The notes below the pieces were generated by a model. It was given only the letters and a program-made list of their open reading frames with translations. It made no database searches and was not told the origin of the DNA. Below are positions 12,959 to 25,350 of a DNA stretch of 28,671 bases, piece after piece (position 1 is the stretch's first letter; every line of letters starts with the position of its first letter). This DNA comes from Tubiluchus corallicola. Its lineage: Eukaryota > Animalia > Priapulida. The position numbers and the translations under genes were made by a program. Location: contig JAQGDQ010001702.1 of the NCBI GenBank assembly GCA_030141605.1, forward strand, positions 1-28,671, given 5' to 3'.

Positions 12959-13496
12959 CTAAAATATTACTAATACTTTTAGTTATTATACATTTGCAAG
13001 TTATAATTTGACTACGCGATGTATTAGTAACTGATTAAAACTAAACTAAACTAGAATGAAACCTTCTGTTTTACCATTTTCACCTGACTTTTGAATCAAA
13101 ACCAACATTTTGAAACGATCCTGTAAATAAATATAACCAACCAACTGCTAAGAATCCTCATCTATGGTCTCTTTACAGTCTCTCATATCTTTGGTTTACA
13201 GATACACCACTCTAGGGACTGGAGAACTAAAAGCAAAGTCAACAAATTTCTGGTCTAGATGCACACTTTGGGACCACGCGATACCATCATTTTTAACAAT
13301 AAAACGTTCATTCGTGAGCAAACATCATACTGCTTGCGCAGCTGCAGCATCCATTAAACGAATCATTCAATGTCAGATGTAATAATTTCCAGTTTTTTCT
13401 CTACTCTCTGTCTTTCCTCTCTTTTCTCTCCTCACAGTTTCCCCTTGAGAGTGTCTAAAATAATTGTAAGATTTATTTGCTCTGTAATTCATTTTA

Positions 13497-13540
13497 ATGG
13501 CGACGTTTCGTCACCAGCGAGCTTAATTATCAAGCAGCTG
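13497..13540 (-). mobile_element. Degenerate Penelope-type minimal hammerhead ribozyme motif (pLTR remnant)
   Basis: The minus strand reads GC-TTGATAA-TTAA-GCTC-GCTGGT-GAC-GAAA-CGTC-GC. This has a U3/A8 core variant, GAAA, a palindromic ACGT stem III and a GTC triplet, followed by ATTAAA. Stem II is imperfect. Confidence 0.45.
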
Positions 13541-13764
13541 CTACTTGGGTGAAGATAGTAAAATACTTAACGTTTTATTATGTCTGCAATAATTCTACGT
13601 TAAGAAATCCCAGGTGAAAATAGTTGACGGTAATATGACGTGACGTCATCGGTAAAAATAGAAAATTTTGTCCACTGGGTGTTTTATAACGTTTTAGCAT
13701 AATTAGCCAAAACAATATAACTAAGTCTCGAAGTTTAAAATTGAGCACTCAAAGGAATATACTA

Positions 13765-14150
13765 CCAACCGACCGACTGAACAACTAACCAGCCAATCAA
13801 TCAATCACCAATCGGTCAACCATACCAGAAATACACAATTCAACAAATCGACTAACTAACCAGCCAGTCCACAAGCAAATCAATCGAGCAACTATTCAGC
13901 CATCAAGCAACCAACCAGTCGACTATCCAACCAGCCAGCCAACCAACCACCAGTCAGCAAACAGACCAATCAAATAACCAGGTACGCTTAACCGCTAGCC
14001 AGATAGTCAAGCATCAATAAACGGCAATAAGTGGCAATTAACCAACCAAGAACAAACAAAGCAACCTACTACACAAGCAAGCAACCAACCTACCAATTAA
14101 CCAAACAATCAAATCGCCAAATGACAAAATAGCGAATGGGACAAACCAAT
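13765..14150. repeat. Highly degenerate tetranucleotide repeat (CAAC/CAGC/CAAT-like)
   Basis: 4-bp periodicity, e.g. ccaaccgaccgactgaacaactaaccagccaatcaatcaatc. Confidence 0.75.
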
Positions 14151-15174
14151 GAAAAATTACAATACTGAACAAACAACTTTATCATTGCAAAAAATCAATT
14201 TAATGAAACGAATTTTAACTTTCGAAAATGCAAAATGATGCAAAGATAACAGACATTCAATGCTTAAAGATGAAGGAAGATGTTACACAACGACATTGGG
14301 TATTAATAAATACTTAATTAAAGGAAAAATCAATTTTATTTATGAAGTATCACAGCAAATATGGAATACATTCAAACTGAAAACTGTACAATAATAAATA
14401 CCCGTAAAAGTAACTGGTGGAATAAACGATCGTTTGTAATAGACCTTTTCACAGTTTCAGCGATTGATGGTGATCGTGAACAGGTCAAAAGTTATCTGTA
14501 CCAGACAACGCATTTGTGTACCCTTGACACAAATCCTATTTTATTGTAATAGTAACAGTTTTAACAGCTAACTAGAACCTTACTTAGTTCATTTTTTCTT
14601 GTTCTCAAGCAAGATCCTGCTAGTAAATCACGGACTAATGCATGATTAAGCAAAGTCAACGTAAACTGACGTTACTGAATTGATGCGGCAGACGGCATTG
14701 ATTTACTCACACTTCGCTTGACGGTTGTAGTTAAGACGCGTTGCTGTGGTACACTTAACCTTTGACCTGCAGCAACTGCGCGTGCGCACAATGAAACTGT
14801 GACGAGGCTTATTATTCTTACAGCAAGGCGAAACCAAATGATGTTGTTCAAGAAGTAAGTTGACTTAAATTTCAAATGTTTATAATAATTAGTTTTTCTA
14901 CAAGGTTAAGTTGTGAAGCCACTCTACATTAAACATTAAAATAACAATTATAATAATAATTATGAATTACGTTAAGAAACGTTATTATTTGGCAAGTGTT
15001 AAACATTAAATATTGTGAGCTTCAAAGTTTCAAATACTCAAAAACTGTAAATAACGTTTGTCTGCTTGTTTACCCAACGTACGATCCATGTCATCCGCGA
15101 CAACCATGTTCATAAATAACAATTTTGAAACTGACAAGATATAGGCCTACATTCTCCCTGGCTCTGAGAAGATA

Positions 15175-15425
15175 CTTTAGTCTTCTGTTTCTGTTAAAAC
15201 CAATGAAAGAAGTTGCTTTTGCAAAATATTTTTGATACAAAATGTTTTTGAATATTTTGCAAAATCAACGAGTTTCACTGGCTTTTACTGTAACGCTGTT
15301 GTCTTTAGTGATCTGTTTCTGTGAAAAACGGTGAAACAAGTTGAATTTGCAAAATATTCAAAAACATTTTGTATCAAAAATATTTTGCAAAATCAACGTG
15401 TTTCACTGCTCTTGACTGTAACGCT
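15175..15425. repeat. Two tandem 128-bp copies of a long hairpin (foldback) unit
   Basis: Each copy has arms ...TTTGCAAAATATT / AATATTTTGCAAA... around a 20-bp loop (15231-15250 and 15359-15378). Confidence 0.9.
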
Positions 15426-15481
15426 CTATTCTCAGTGTCAAAAGATGCATATCCAATTTTGGTTCAGTAAATGTTTTCGTG

Positions 15482-15727
15482 AAGTTCACCATCGAAAAAT
15501 GTCAGTGAGTCAGTGAGTCAGTCAGTCAGTCAGTCAGTCAGTTCACCGTCGAAAAATGTCGTAAGTCATATATTGACCAAACCAGCAGACAACATACCTT
15601 GAAAATAAAGAAACACAAAACAGTCAGTGAGTCAGTCAGTCAGTCAGTCAGTTCACTGTCGTGGATGTCGTAAATCATATATTGGCCAAACCAGCAGACA
15701 ACATGCCTTGAGAATCAAGAAACACAG
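15482..15727. repeat. ~109-bp tandem duplication containing (CAGT)n runs
   Basis: GTTCAC.GTCG...ATGTCGTAA.TCATATATTG.CCAAACCAGCAGACAACAT.CCTTGA...AAGAAACACA occurs at ~15541 and ~15651, each preceded by CAGT repeats. Confidence 0.88.
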
Positions 15728-16494
15728 ATATAAAAATGGCCTCCCCATTAACAAACAACACAGATTATTCTATGACCTATGACATAACAGAGTCTGAATT
15801 TACAGTTATGAAAATTCTATTACAAAATTCTATTTGTTTTCAAAACCAGGTAATTATTTCATTGATTCTTTAGTCTTGAAACACGTCATGTGATAACAGA
15901 CGTTTGCTAATTGCAAAATCGCATTTTAATTTACTTAATTTATTTTAAATTTATTATTTCTAATAAAAACTGCAAATTCTGTTTTGCAAAACTGCATTTT
16001 CTTATGTTTCGTAATAACGAACAAACCTCAATAACAATGACGAACAGTTTTTTTGGGAAAACACCAGCGAAGAAGAAAAGGGTCAAAATCTTAATTAAAA
16101 TTTAATTAATAACTTACTCAAGTATGTAATTATGTACAGTACATCATCTTGGACTTTTACACGTCCTTTGCAAGCTGGCTCGGATTCTTACAAAATAAAC
16201 TACGTGACATATATGAAACATATAGACATAAAACCAGTAATGATAACTTTTTAATAAAAGTAATAAATATATAATTATAATAAATCACAAATAATATCAC
16301 AGGAATAAAAACGGGCAAGATTACTATCTTTTATAAATTTCCCGCTGCAACTTAACTAGGGTTAATATTGTTATAATCGATATCTATATATTAATTCGAC
16401 TGGTATATATATATATATAAGATTCGAGGCTACAGCTCCGACGACGGCACCATTTGCGGCGATCTATATATCAAACGAAAGGTCTCGATCTAGT

Positions 16495-17232
<738 letters not shown>

Positions 17233-17800
17233 CTAGTGTGGTTTGTGTGTTAATTTATGCGCAAAATTCTTTTGCGGGGTTTCGCTAGTTCTATTGTTAA
17301 TTTTCTTAATGAAATAGTTAGCTAAATAATGCTTTACTCATAGTACACGAGAGTTATATAAAAAAACTACATAATTATACGGAATTTTAGCTAAAAACGA
17401 ACCAGCTTTTTAATTTAATAAAGTTTCTTGAAATGTGATTAATTTTATAAGGTGCACTTTTGAAGACAGAACTTACGTACTAAGTTGATTTATGCAAAAA
17501 TTCCACTTTATACGTAGCCAAAGTACGCAAATTGACTCGTGCAAAAGTGGCGTATCCATAAAGGGGCGTAAAACGTAATTATATACAAAGTAAATTCATG
17601 ATAAACAGCAAAACGTACTTAGTGGTAACATTATGTAGTCAGTTTTACAAAAAGTATTAAAATTTAGGCACGTTAAACAAGGCAAACAAAATGACCGGGA
17701 AATTAATTAAAATTAATTATTAAATCGTGCTAATTACTTAAAAACTGTGTAACGAGTATGCAATCATTACATTAAGAATATAAATTTTTTTAAAACATGC

Positions 17801-18490
17801 TGTCAGTCAGCCAGCCAATCATGCAGTCAAGCGGTTAATTATGCAATCAGTTAGTCTATCAGTTGGTCAGCCATCTGTCAGTCACTCTCTCTGTTTTCAG
17901 TTAGTCAGTCCATCGGTCACTCAGTCGGCCTGTCAGTGCTAGGTCAGTCAGTCGGTTGATCGGTCACTCGGTCGGCCTGTCAGTGCTAGGTCAGTCAGTC
18001 GGTTGATCGGGCAGTCGGTCGGTCGGCCCAGTCAGTCAGTCAGTCAGTCAATCGGGTCAGTCAGTCAGTCAATCATAAAGTCAGTCAGTCAGTCAATCGG
18101 GTCAGTCAGTCAGTCAATCATAAAGTCAGTCAGTCAGTCAATCGGGTCAGTCAGTCAGTCAGTCAGTCAGTCAGTCAGTCAGTCAGTCAGTCAGTCATCA
18201 GTCAGGCAGTCAGTCAGTCAGTCAGTCAGTCAGTCAGTCAGTCAGTCAGTCAGTGGTCAGTCAGTCAGTCAGTCAGTCAGTCAGTCAGTCAGTCAGTCAG
18301 TCAGTCAGTCAGTCAGTCAGTCAGTCAGTCAGTCAGTCAGTTAGTCAGTTAGTCAGTCAATCAGATCAGTCAGTCAGTCATAAAGCCAGTCGGTCAGTCA
18401 GTCAGTAAATCAGGTCAGTCAGTCATAAAGTCAGTCAGCCAGTCAGTCTGTCAGTCAGTTAATCAGGTAATCAGTCAGTCGGTCAATCAA
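17801..18490. repeat. (CAGT)n microsatellite with degenerate flanks and short higher-order units
   Basis: Seen directly; it explains the SQSV ORF. Confidence 0.96.
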
Positions 18491-18646
18491 CCGTTTGATG
18501 CAATAATTCAGTAGTATTACTACCGCAATTTTATACTTAGAAGCTTTTGTCAATACATGAACCTAGCAGCCTTTCCTTAAATCGACAGTGAGTAAACAAA
18601 ACCGATTAAATTAAATTGGACCACAGTTAGCATCGTAAATCCATCG

Positions 18647-18822
18647 TCAAACCATTTCGTCAAACGTTTTAACTGGCTTAATGAAAGCGGTGGCCGCAGT
18701 TTCTCTCAGTCTTTCTGGCGTGAAAATCATCTGACCGTATGCTGTGGTCACGTACCGGTCACACCTGTGGTCAGCGGTCACTGTAGGTCGGTGCATTGGT
18801 GACCCACGTGAGTAGCGAGAAC
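18647..18822 (-). CDS. Popeye-domain gene, probable last coding exon (C-terminal tail)
   Basis: Acceptor ttcttgccag| at 18823, phase 1, matches the phase-1 donor at 21288. Translates (G)SRYSRGSPMHRPTVTADHRCDRYVTTAYGQMIFTPERLRETAATAFIKPVKTFDEMV*, and shares the GSP-x-x-R motif with the upstream exon. Possible internal donors at 18764 and 18755 make the 3' end uncertain. Confidence 0.65.
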
Positions 18823-19193
18823 CTGGCAAGAATCAAAATTATCATGTATAAGCTGCGTGTAGTGGCTGTCCCAATAAATACCGGGTGTTTCAAAAGTCCC
18901 TTATTGTTGTTTTTGAATATTTATTAACGGTTAAGAAAATGGAGTTTCAATGCATTTCTCGAGGAACTTTTCAAGCAAGGTTACATTTCCTAGCATTACA
19001 CTTACCTGTTCGGAAGAATTACGTAACAGGAAAAGAAAATTCCTAATAATTAAGAAATATTTGCACTGCCTGGTAAAACGGTTGCACATCGCCATCCCAG
19101 TGTGCACCACTGATTCACAAAAAAGTCGTTTTAATCTTATTGACAATTCAAAAGTAATTCTTAGTTTTGCTGAGTTAGTGAAGAACGTGCTAC

Positions 19194-19670
19194 AACCTAG
19201 TCATGGGGGGGGGGAGCCAGCCCAACTCGCTGCCGGTCCCAAGCCCGGATAAATAGGGAGGGTTAGGGTCAGGAAGGACATCCGCCTGTAAAAACTGCGT
19301 CAAAACCTTCTATGAATGAGTCGGTGAGTGCAAAGAAGTGGTCAGACCCGCTCTAATCTATGGGCTGGAAGCAGCTTCTCTAAAGAAGACCGAAGAGAAG
19401 AAAATGGGTGTGGTGGAGATGAGGATGTTGAGATGGATGGTGGGAATAACAAGAAGAGATAAAATTGGAAATAATAATATCACAGAAACAGTAAAAGTAG
19501 TGGAAGCCTCGCAAGATTGCGATGGTATGGACACCTGAAAAGAAGAGTCGGTGAAGATCATGTGGGAAGGGAAGACATAAATGAAGAGATGGTCAACAAC
19601 AGGAATGCGTGGAGAAGACTCATTCACAACGGCGACCCCGAATAGGGAAAAGCTGGGAAGAAGAAGAAGA
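19194..19670 (+). mobile_element. Internally deleted, non-autonomous RTE-clade retrotransposon
   Basis: Perfect 17-bp TSD AGTGAAGAACGTGCTAC (19177-19193 and 19671-19687). RTE 5'-UTR motif GCCGGTCCCAAGCCCGGATAAA. ORF remnant VRPALIYGLE...EMRMLRWMVGITRRDKI...RLRWYGHLKRR...NRNAWRRLIHNGDPE*. (GAA)n tail. Confidence 0.92.
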
Positions 19671-20493
19671 AGTGAAGAACGTGCTACGAATGTTCCGAAC
19701 ATTTTTTTAATTTTACACAATATTATCTAAACTTGTTTCAAATGACTTACAGTTAAAATGGCTGCACCTAACAATCATCGCGGAAGTTTAAAATTACAAG
19801 TTTTACACAGAGTTACTGTTAACGCAAGCTCCGTACGCAATAAGACAGTTCAGCGTGAAATTTATAGACGGTTTTCAAGCTTAACGTAAGTAAAGGATTT
19901 TCTTTTGCTTTAGCCACCGAACAACACTTGATCACAACCGACCGACCGACAGACTGACCTAGCACTGACCGGCCGACGTCTTTGATGAACTCCTTATAAA
20001 AAAATTGAAAATCATTTTATAAAGCACTAATGATTACATATTACAAAACACTCCATATATTGTAAAATGTAGCTTATATGGCAGCATACAGCGCACTAAC
20101 TATATATTTCAAGCAATAACAATAACAACGTCGTGTATAAATATGCCAGATTCCCAATGCAGGTTAGTGTGAATGAAGCTTTAGAAGTAACAATAAATCA
20201 CGTGCGCGCTGCCATCGTCATTCTCTTATTGCATAATCAATCCAATTCCTAGGGGGCGCGTTATTGTAACAAATCACATTTAGATTCCTCTATATTGCAT
20301 GTCTGCAGTTATGAATGATGATAACAGATTGACTAGACCTGCTTATCTGCACGCCGTCCATGTTGAAAAATAAAATCAGCGACATCTAGTAGTAAAATTG
20401 ATAATCAAAGCGTAAACGTCCTTGTGCTTTACATGAAATCGTGTACGAATCTCTATATGAAGTCGTTCAACATTAGTAATGGCAACTGTATTA

Positions 20494-21015
20494 CTATTAT
20501 TGTTATTGTCATTGTCATTGTCATTGTCATTGTCATTGTCATTGTCATTGTCATTGTCATTGTCATTGCCATTGTCATTGTCATTGTCATTGTCATTGTC
20601 ATTGTCATTGCCATTGTCATCGTCATTGCCATTGTCACTGCCTTTGCGCTTGCCATTGTCATTCTCATTGCCATTGTGATGATTATTATATTCAGCATTA
20701 TATTGCTTGAAGGCAATTGTAATTCAGTACGAAATAAACGAATGAATGAACGAATAAATGACTGACTGACTGACTGACTGACTGACTGACTGACTGACTG
20801 ACTGACTGACTGACTGACTGAATTTATGTATGTATGTATGTATGTATGTATGTATGTATGTATGTATGTATGTATGTATGTATGTATGTATGTATGTATG
20901 TATGTATGTATGTATGTATGTATGTGTATGTATGTATGTATGTATGTATGTGTTAGTGAGTAAATGGATGAATGAATAAATAAATGAATGAACGAAAAAA
21001 AAACGAATGAATGAA
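20494..21015. repeat. Microsatellite cluster: (ATTGTC)n, then (GAAT)n/(GACT)n/(TATG)n
   Basis: Seen directly at ~20494-20680 and ~20740-21015. Confidence 0.96.
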
Positions 21016-21288
21016 CAATAAGGATGGATAATATCGTTAATATCATCTACTAAAAACGAAATTCGTAACTTACCAAATGTTATGCTACTTCTAAACGTCA
21101 AGTACTTGCGACTTTACCATGTGTATAGCTTAAGGATCTCTAGCACATAATAGTTTTTAGAGGCGCTGAGAATTATGCCATTTCATGCCTTACAAGCTTG
21201 TGGTGACCATCGGTCAACTACGTTCTTAATACCTTCATTTTCTTAGCCTTAATCATGTTGATAAGCTTGATGTAAAGTGTACACCCAC

Positions 21289-21628
21289 CTGTGCTGGATT
21301 TAGAGGGACTCCCGTATAACGCGTTCCTCTGCATTGGGGAACCCAGCGACTTCCTGTGCACCGGAGATCCTCTCAGCGATCCCAGGGATATACCTCGATC
21401 CAAACTAATACTGTGTGGCATGGGCAGGATACCACAAAATATCACATCCCTTCTAGCGCCGTTGATAAAACGTATGTAATTTTGGATGGAATGCAAAGTC
21501 TTTATGATGTCTTTGCCGATCACGTTGTGTAAAATTCCTGCCACTAGATGACGCTTCCTGAGAAAGTATTTTAACCGGTCTCTGGGGAACTCGATGAAAC
21601 GGCATTCGTTTGTTGGAGTTATTGTCAC
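21289..21628 (-). CDS. BVES: Popeye-domain protein (BVES/POPDC family): end of Popeye domain and start of C-terminal tail
   Basis: Acceptor aattctag| at 21629 (phase 0) and donor CAG|gtgggt at 21288. VTITPTNECRFIEFPRDRLKYFLRKRHLVAGILHNVIGKDIIKTLHSIQ matches POPDC VTI.A..NCRFLCWSRERLTYFL...LIGKDITNKLYSLN as I recall it. The paralog (POPDC1/2/3) cannot be assigned. Confidence 0.9.
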
Positions 21629-21639
21629 CTAGAATTTGA

Positions 21640-22582
<943 letters not shown>

Positions 22583-22812
22583 TCCTTTCTGTGTTCTTTT
22601 TCTTGTGTTATTTTCCTGCACAGTAAAGCAACTTCCGTGCTGAGTCACTAATTGTGCACATAACTAAAAATTGCTTCAATCATCTTTCGTTTATATTCTT
22701 TTCATCTGAGGTCGTCTTTGAACAATGGTGGCTAAAACGTCATATCTTTTTATGTCTCTACTATGACATCTTTCAGCAGTAATTGTACTTATTACAAAAT
22801 TGCTCTTTTGCC

Positions 22813-25350
22813 TCGAAGCTTACTTCAACACAGAAGCTTTAAGTCTCTCCACGTTCATCAGCTAGAACAGCGTACAGCAGTCAACTTATAGCAAACCTGC
22901 TAGCTGACTGCTGTACCTTGACTGGATCGCACTATTTTAGCTGTCTGCTGTACCTTGACTGGGTCGCACTATTTTAGCTGACTGCTGTACCTTGACTGAA
23001 TCGTATGGTTTTAGCTGTCTGCTGTACCTTGACTGGGTCGCACTGTTTTGGCTGACTGCTGTACCTTGACTGGGTCGCACTATTTTGGCTGACTGCTGTA
23101 CCTTGACTGGACCGTACTATTTTAGCTGACTGCTGTACCTTAACTGGATCGTACTATTTTAGCTGTCCGCTGTACCTTGACTGGATCGTACTATTTTAGC
23201 TGTCTGCTGTACCTTGACTGGATCGTACTATTTTAGCTGACAGCTGTACCTTAACTGGATCGTACTATTTAGCTGACTGCTGTACCTTGACTGGATCGTA
23301 CTATTTTAGCTGACAGCTGTACCTTGACTGGATGTCACTATTTTAGCTGTCTGCTGTACCTTGACTGGATCGTACTATTTTAGCTGTCTGCTGTACCTAG
23401 ACTGGATCGCACTATTTTAGCTGTCTGCTTTACCTTGACTGGATCGCACTATTTTAGCTGACTGCTGTACCTTGACTGGGTCGTACTATTTTAGCTGTCT
23501 GCTGTATCTTGACTGAATCGTACTATTTTAGCTGTCTGCTGTACCTTGACTAGGTCGCACTATTTTAGCTGACTGCTGTACCTTGACTGGATCGTACTAT
23601 TTTAGCTGTCTGCTGTACCTTGACTGGATTGTACTATTTTAGCTGACTGCTGTACCTTGACTGGATCGTACTATTTTAGCTGCCTGCTGTACCTTGACTG
23701 GATTGTACTATTTTAGCTGACTGCTGTACCTTGACTGGATTGTACTATTTTAACTGTCTGCTGTACCTTTACTGGATCGTACTATTTTAGCTGTCTGCTG
23801 TACCTTGACTGGATCGTACTATTTTAGCTGACTGCTGTACCTTGACTGGGTCGCACTGTTTTAGCTGACTGGTGTACCTTGACTGGGTCGTACTATTTTA
23901 GCTGTCTGCTGTACCTTGACTGGGTCGCACTGTTTTAGCTGACTGGTGTACCTTGATTGGGTCGCACTATTTTAGCTGACTGCTGTACCTTGACTGGGTC
24001 GCACTATTTTAGCTGACTGCTGTACCTTGACTAGGTCGCACTATTTTAGCTGACTGCTGTACCTTGACTGGATCGTACTACTTTAGCTGTCTGCTGTACC
24101 TTGACTGGATCGTACTATTTTAGCTGTCTGCTGTACCTTGACTGGGTCGCACTATTTTAGCTGACTGCTGTACCTTGACTGGATCGTACTACTTTAGCTG
24201 TCTGCTGTACCTTGACTGGATCGTACTATTTTAGCTGTCTGCTGTACCTTGACTGGGTCGCACTATTTTAGCTGACTGCTGTACCTTGACTGGATCGTAC
24301 TATTTTAGCTGTCCGCTGTACCTTGACTGGATCGTACTATTTTAGCTGTCTGCTGTACCTTGACTGGATCGTACTATTTTAGCTGTCTGCTGTAACTTGA
24401 CTGGATCGTACTATTTTAGCTGTTGTGTACCTTGCTGGATCGTACTTTTTAGCTGTCTGCTGTACCTTGACTGGGTCGCACTTTTTAGCTGACTGCTGTA
24501 CCTTGACTGGATCGTACTATTTTAGCTGTCTGCTGTACCTTGCCTGGATCGTACTGTTTTAGCTGACTGCTGTACCTTGACTGGGTCGCACTATTTTAGC
24601 TGACTGCTGTACCTTGACTGGATCGTACTATTTTAGCTGTCTGCTGTACCTTGACTGGATCGTACTATTTTAGCTGACTGCTGTACCTTGACTGGGTCGC
24701 ACTATTTTAGCTGACTGCTGTACCTTGACTGGATCGTACGATTTTAGCTGTCCGCTGTACCTTGACTGGATCGTACTATTTTAGCTGTCTGCTGTACCTT
24801 GACTGGATCGTACTATTTTAGCTGACTGCTGTAACTTGACTGGATCGTACTATTTTAGCTGACTGCTGTACCTTGACTGGATCGCACTATTTTAGCTGTC
24901 TGCTGTACCTTGCCTGGATCGTACTGTTTTAGCTGTCTGCTGTACCTTAACTGGATCGTACTATTTAGCTGACTGCTGTACCTTGACTGGATCGTACTAT
25001 TTTAGCTGACAGCTGTACCTTGACTGGATGTCACTATTTTAGCTGTCTGCTGTACCTTGACTGGATCGTACTATTTTAGCTGTCTGCTGTACCTAGACTG
25101 GATCGCACTATTTTAGCTGTCTGCTTTACCTTGACTGGATCGCACTATTTTAGCTGACTGCTGTACCTTGACTGGATCGCACTATTTTAGCTGACTGCTG
25201 TACGTTGACTGCATCGTACTATTTTAGCTGTCTGCTGTACCTTGACTGGATCGTACTGTTTTAGCTGTCTGCTGTACCTTGACCGCAGCACGCTATCCTA
25301 GCTGACGAAGGTCAAGAGACCCAAAGCTTCTACTCTGAAATAAACTTTGA
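22813..25350. mobile_element. Inverted pair of Penelope-like pLTR/hammerhead remnants enclosing a satellite
   Basis: The reverse complement of 22813-22884 aligns without gaps to 25279-25350 at 54/72 identity (manual count). Both contain TAG-CTGA(C/T)GA-A-stem II-xAAA-GCTT-CT. Confidence 0.65.
22900..25285. repeat. 37-bp minisatellite, ~65 copies, in a POPDC intron
   Basis: Unit TACTATTTTAGCTG(A/T)CTGCTGTACCTTGACTGG(A/G)TCG; period 37 (e.g. AGCTG at 23161 and 23198). Confidence 0.98.

Noticed and set aside
16387-16495. Helitron-like 5' end (TCTATATAT...) next to the CT array
   Set aside because: No convincing 3' hairpin plus CTRR partner could be linked to it.
18879-18895. Tc1/mariner-like terminus TA-CCGGGTGTTTCAAAA
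   Set aside because: Single end only; no convincing inverted partner.
19187-19193. GTGCTAC immediately precedes both the RTE derivative and the SINE body (28004-28010), suggesting a shared target site
   Set aside because: It is a 7-bp match in two cases, and in the second it is mostly native 5S sequence with no TSD, so it is probably coincidence.
20245-20392. CTCF-like motifs (CCTAGGGGGCGC; CAGCGACATCTAGTAG), and CRE palindromes TGACGTCA at ~7209 and ~13641
   Set aside because: Short or imperfect motifs are expected by chance or within repeat remnants, and there is no supporting context.
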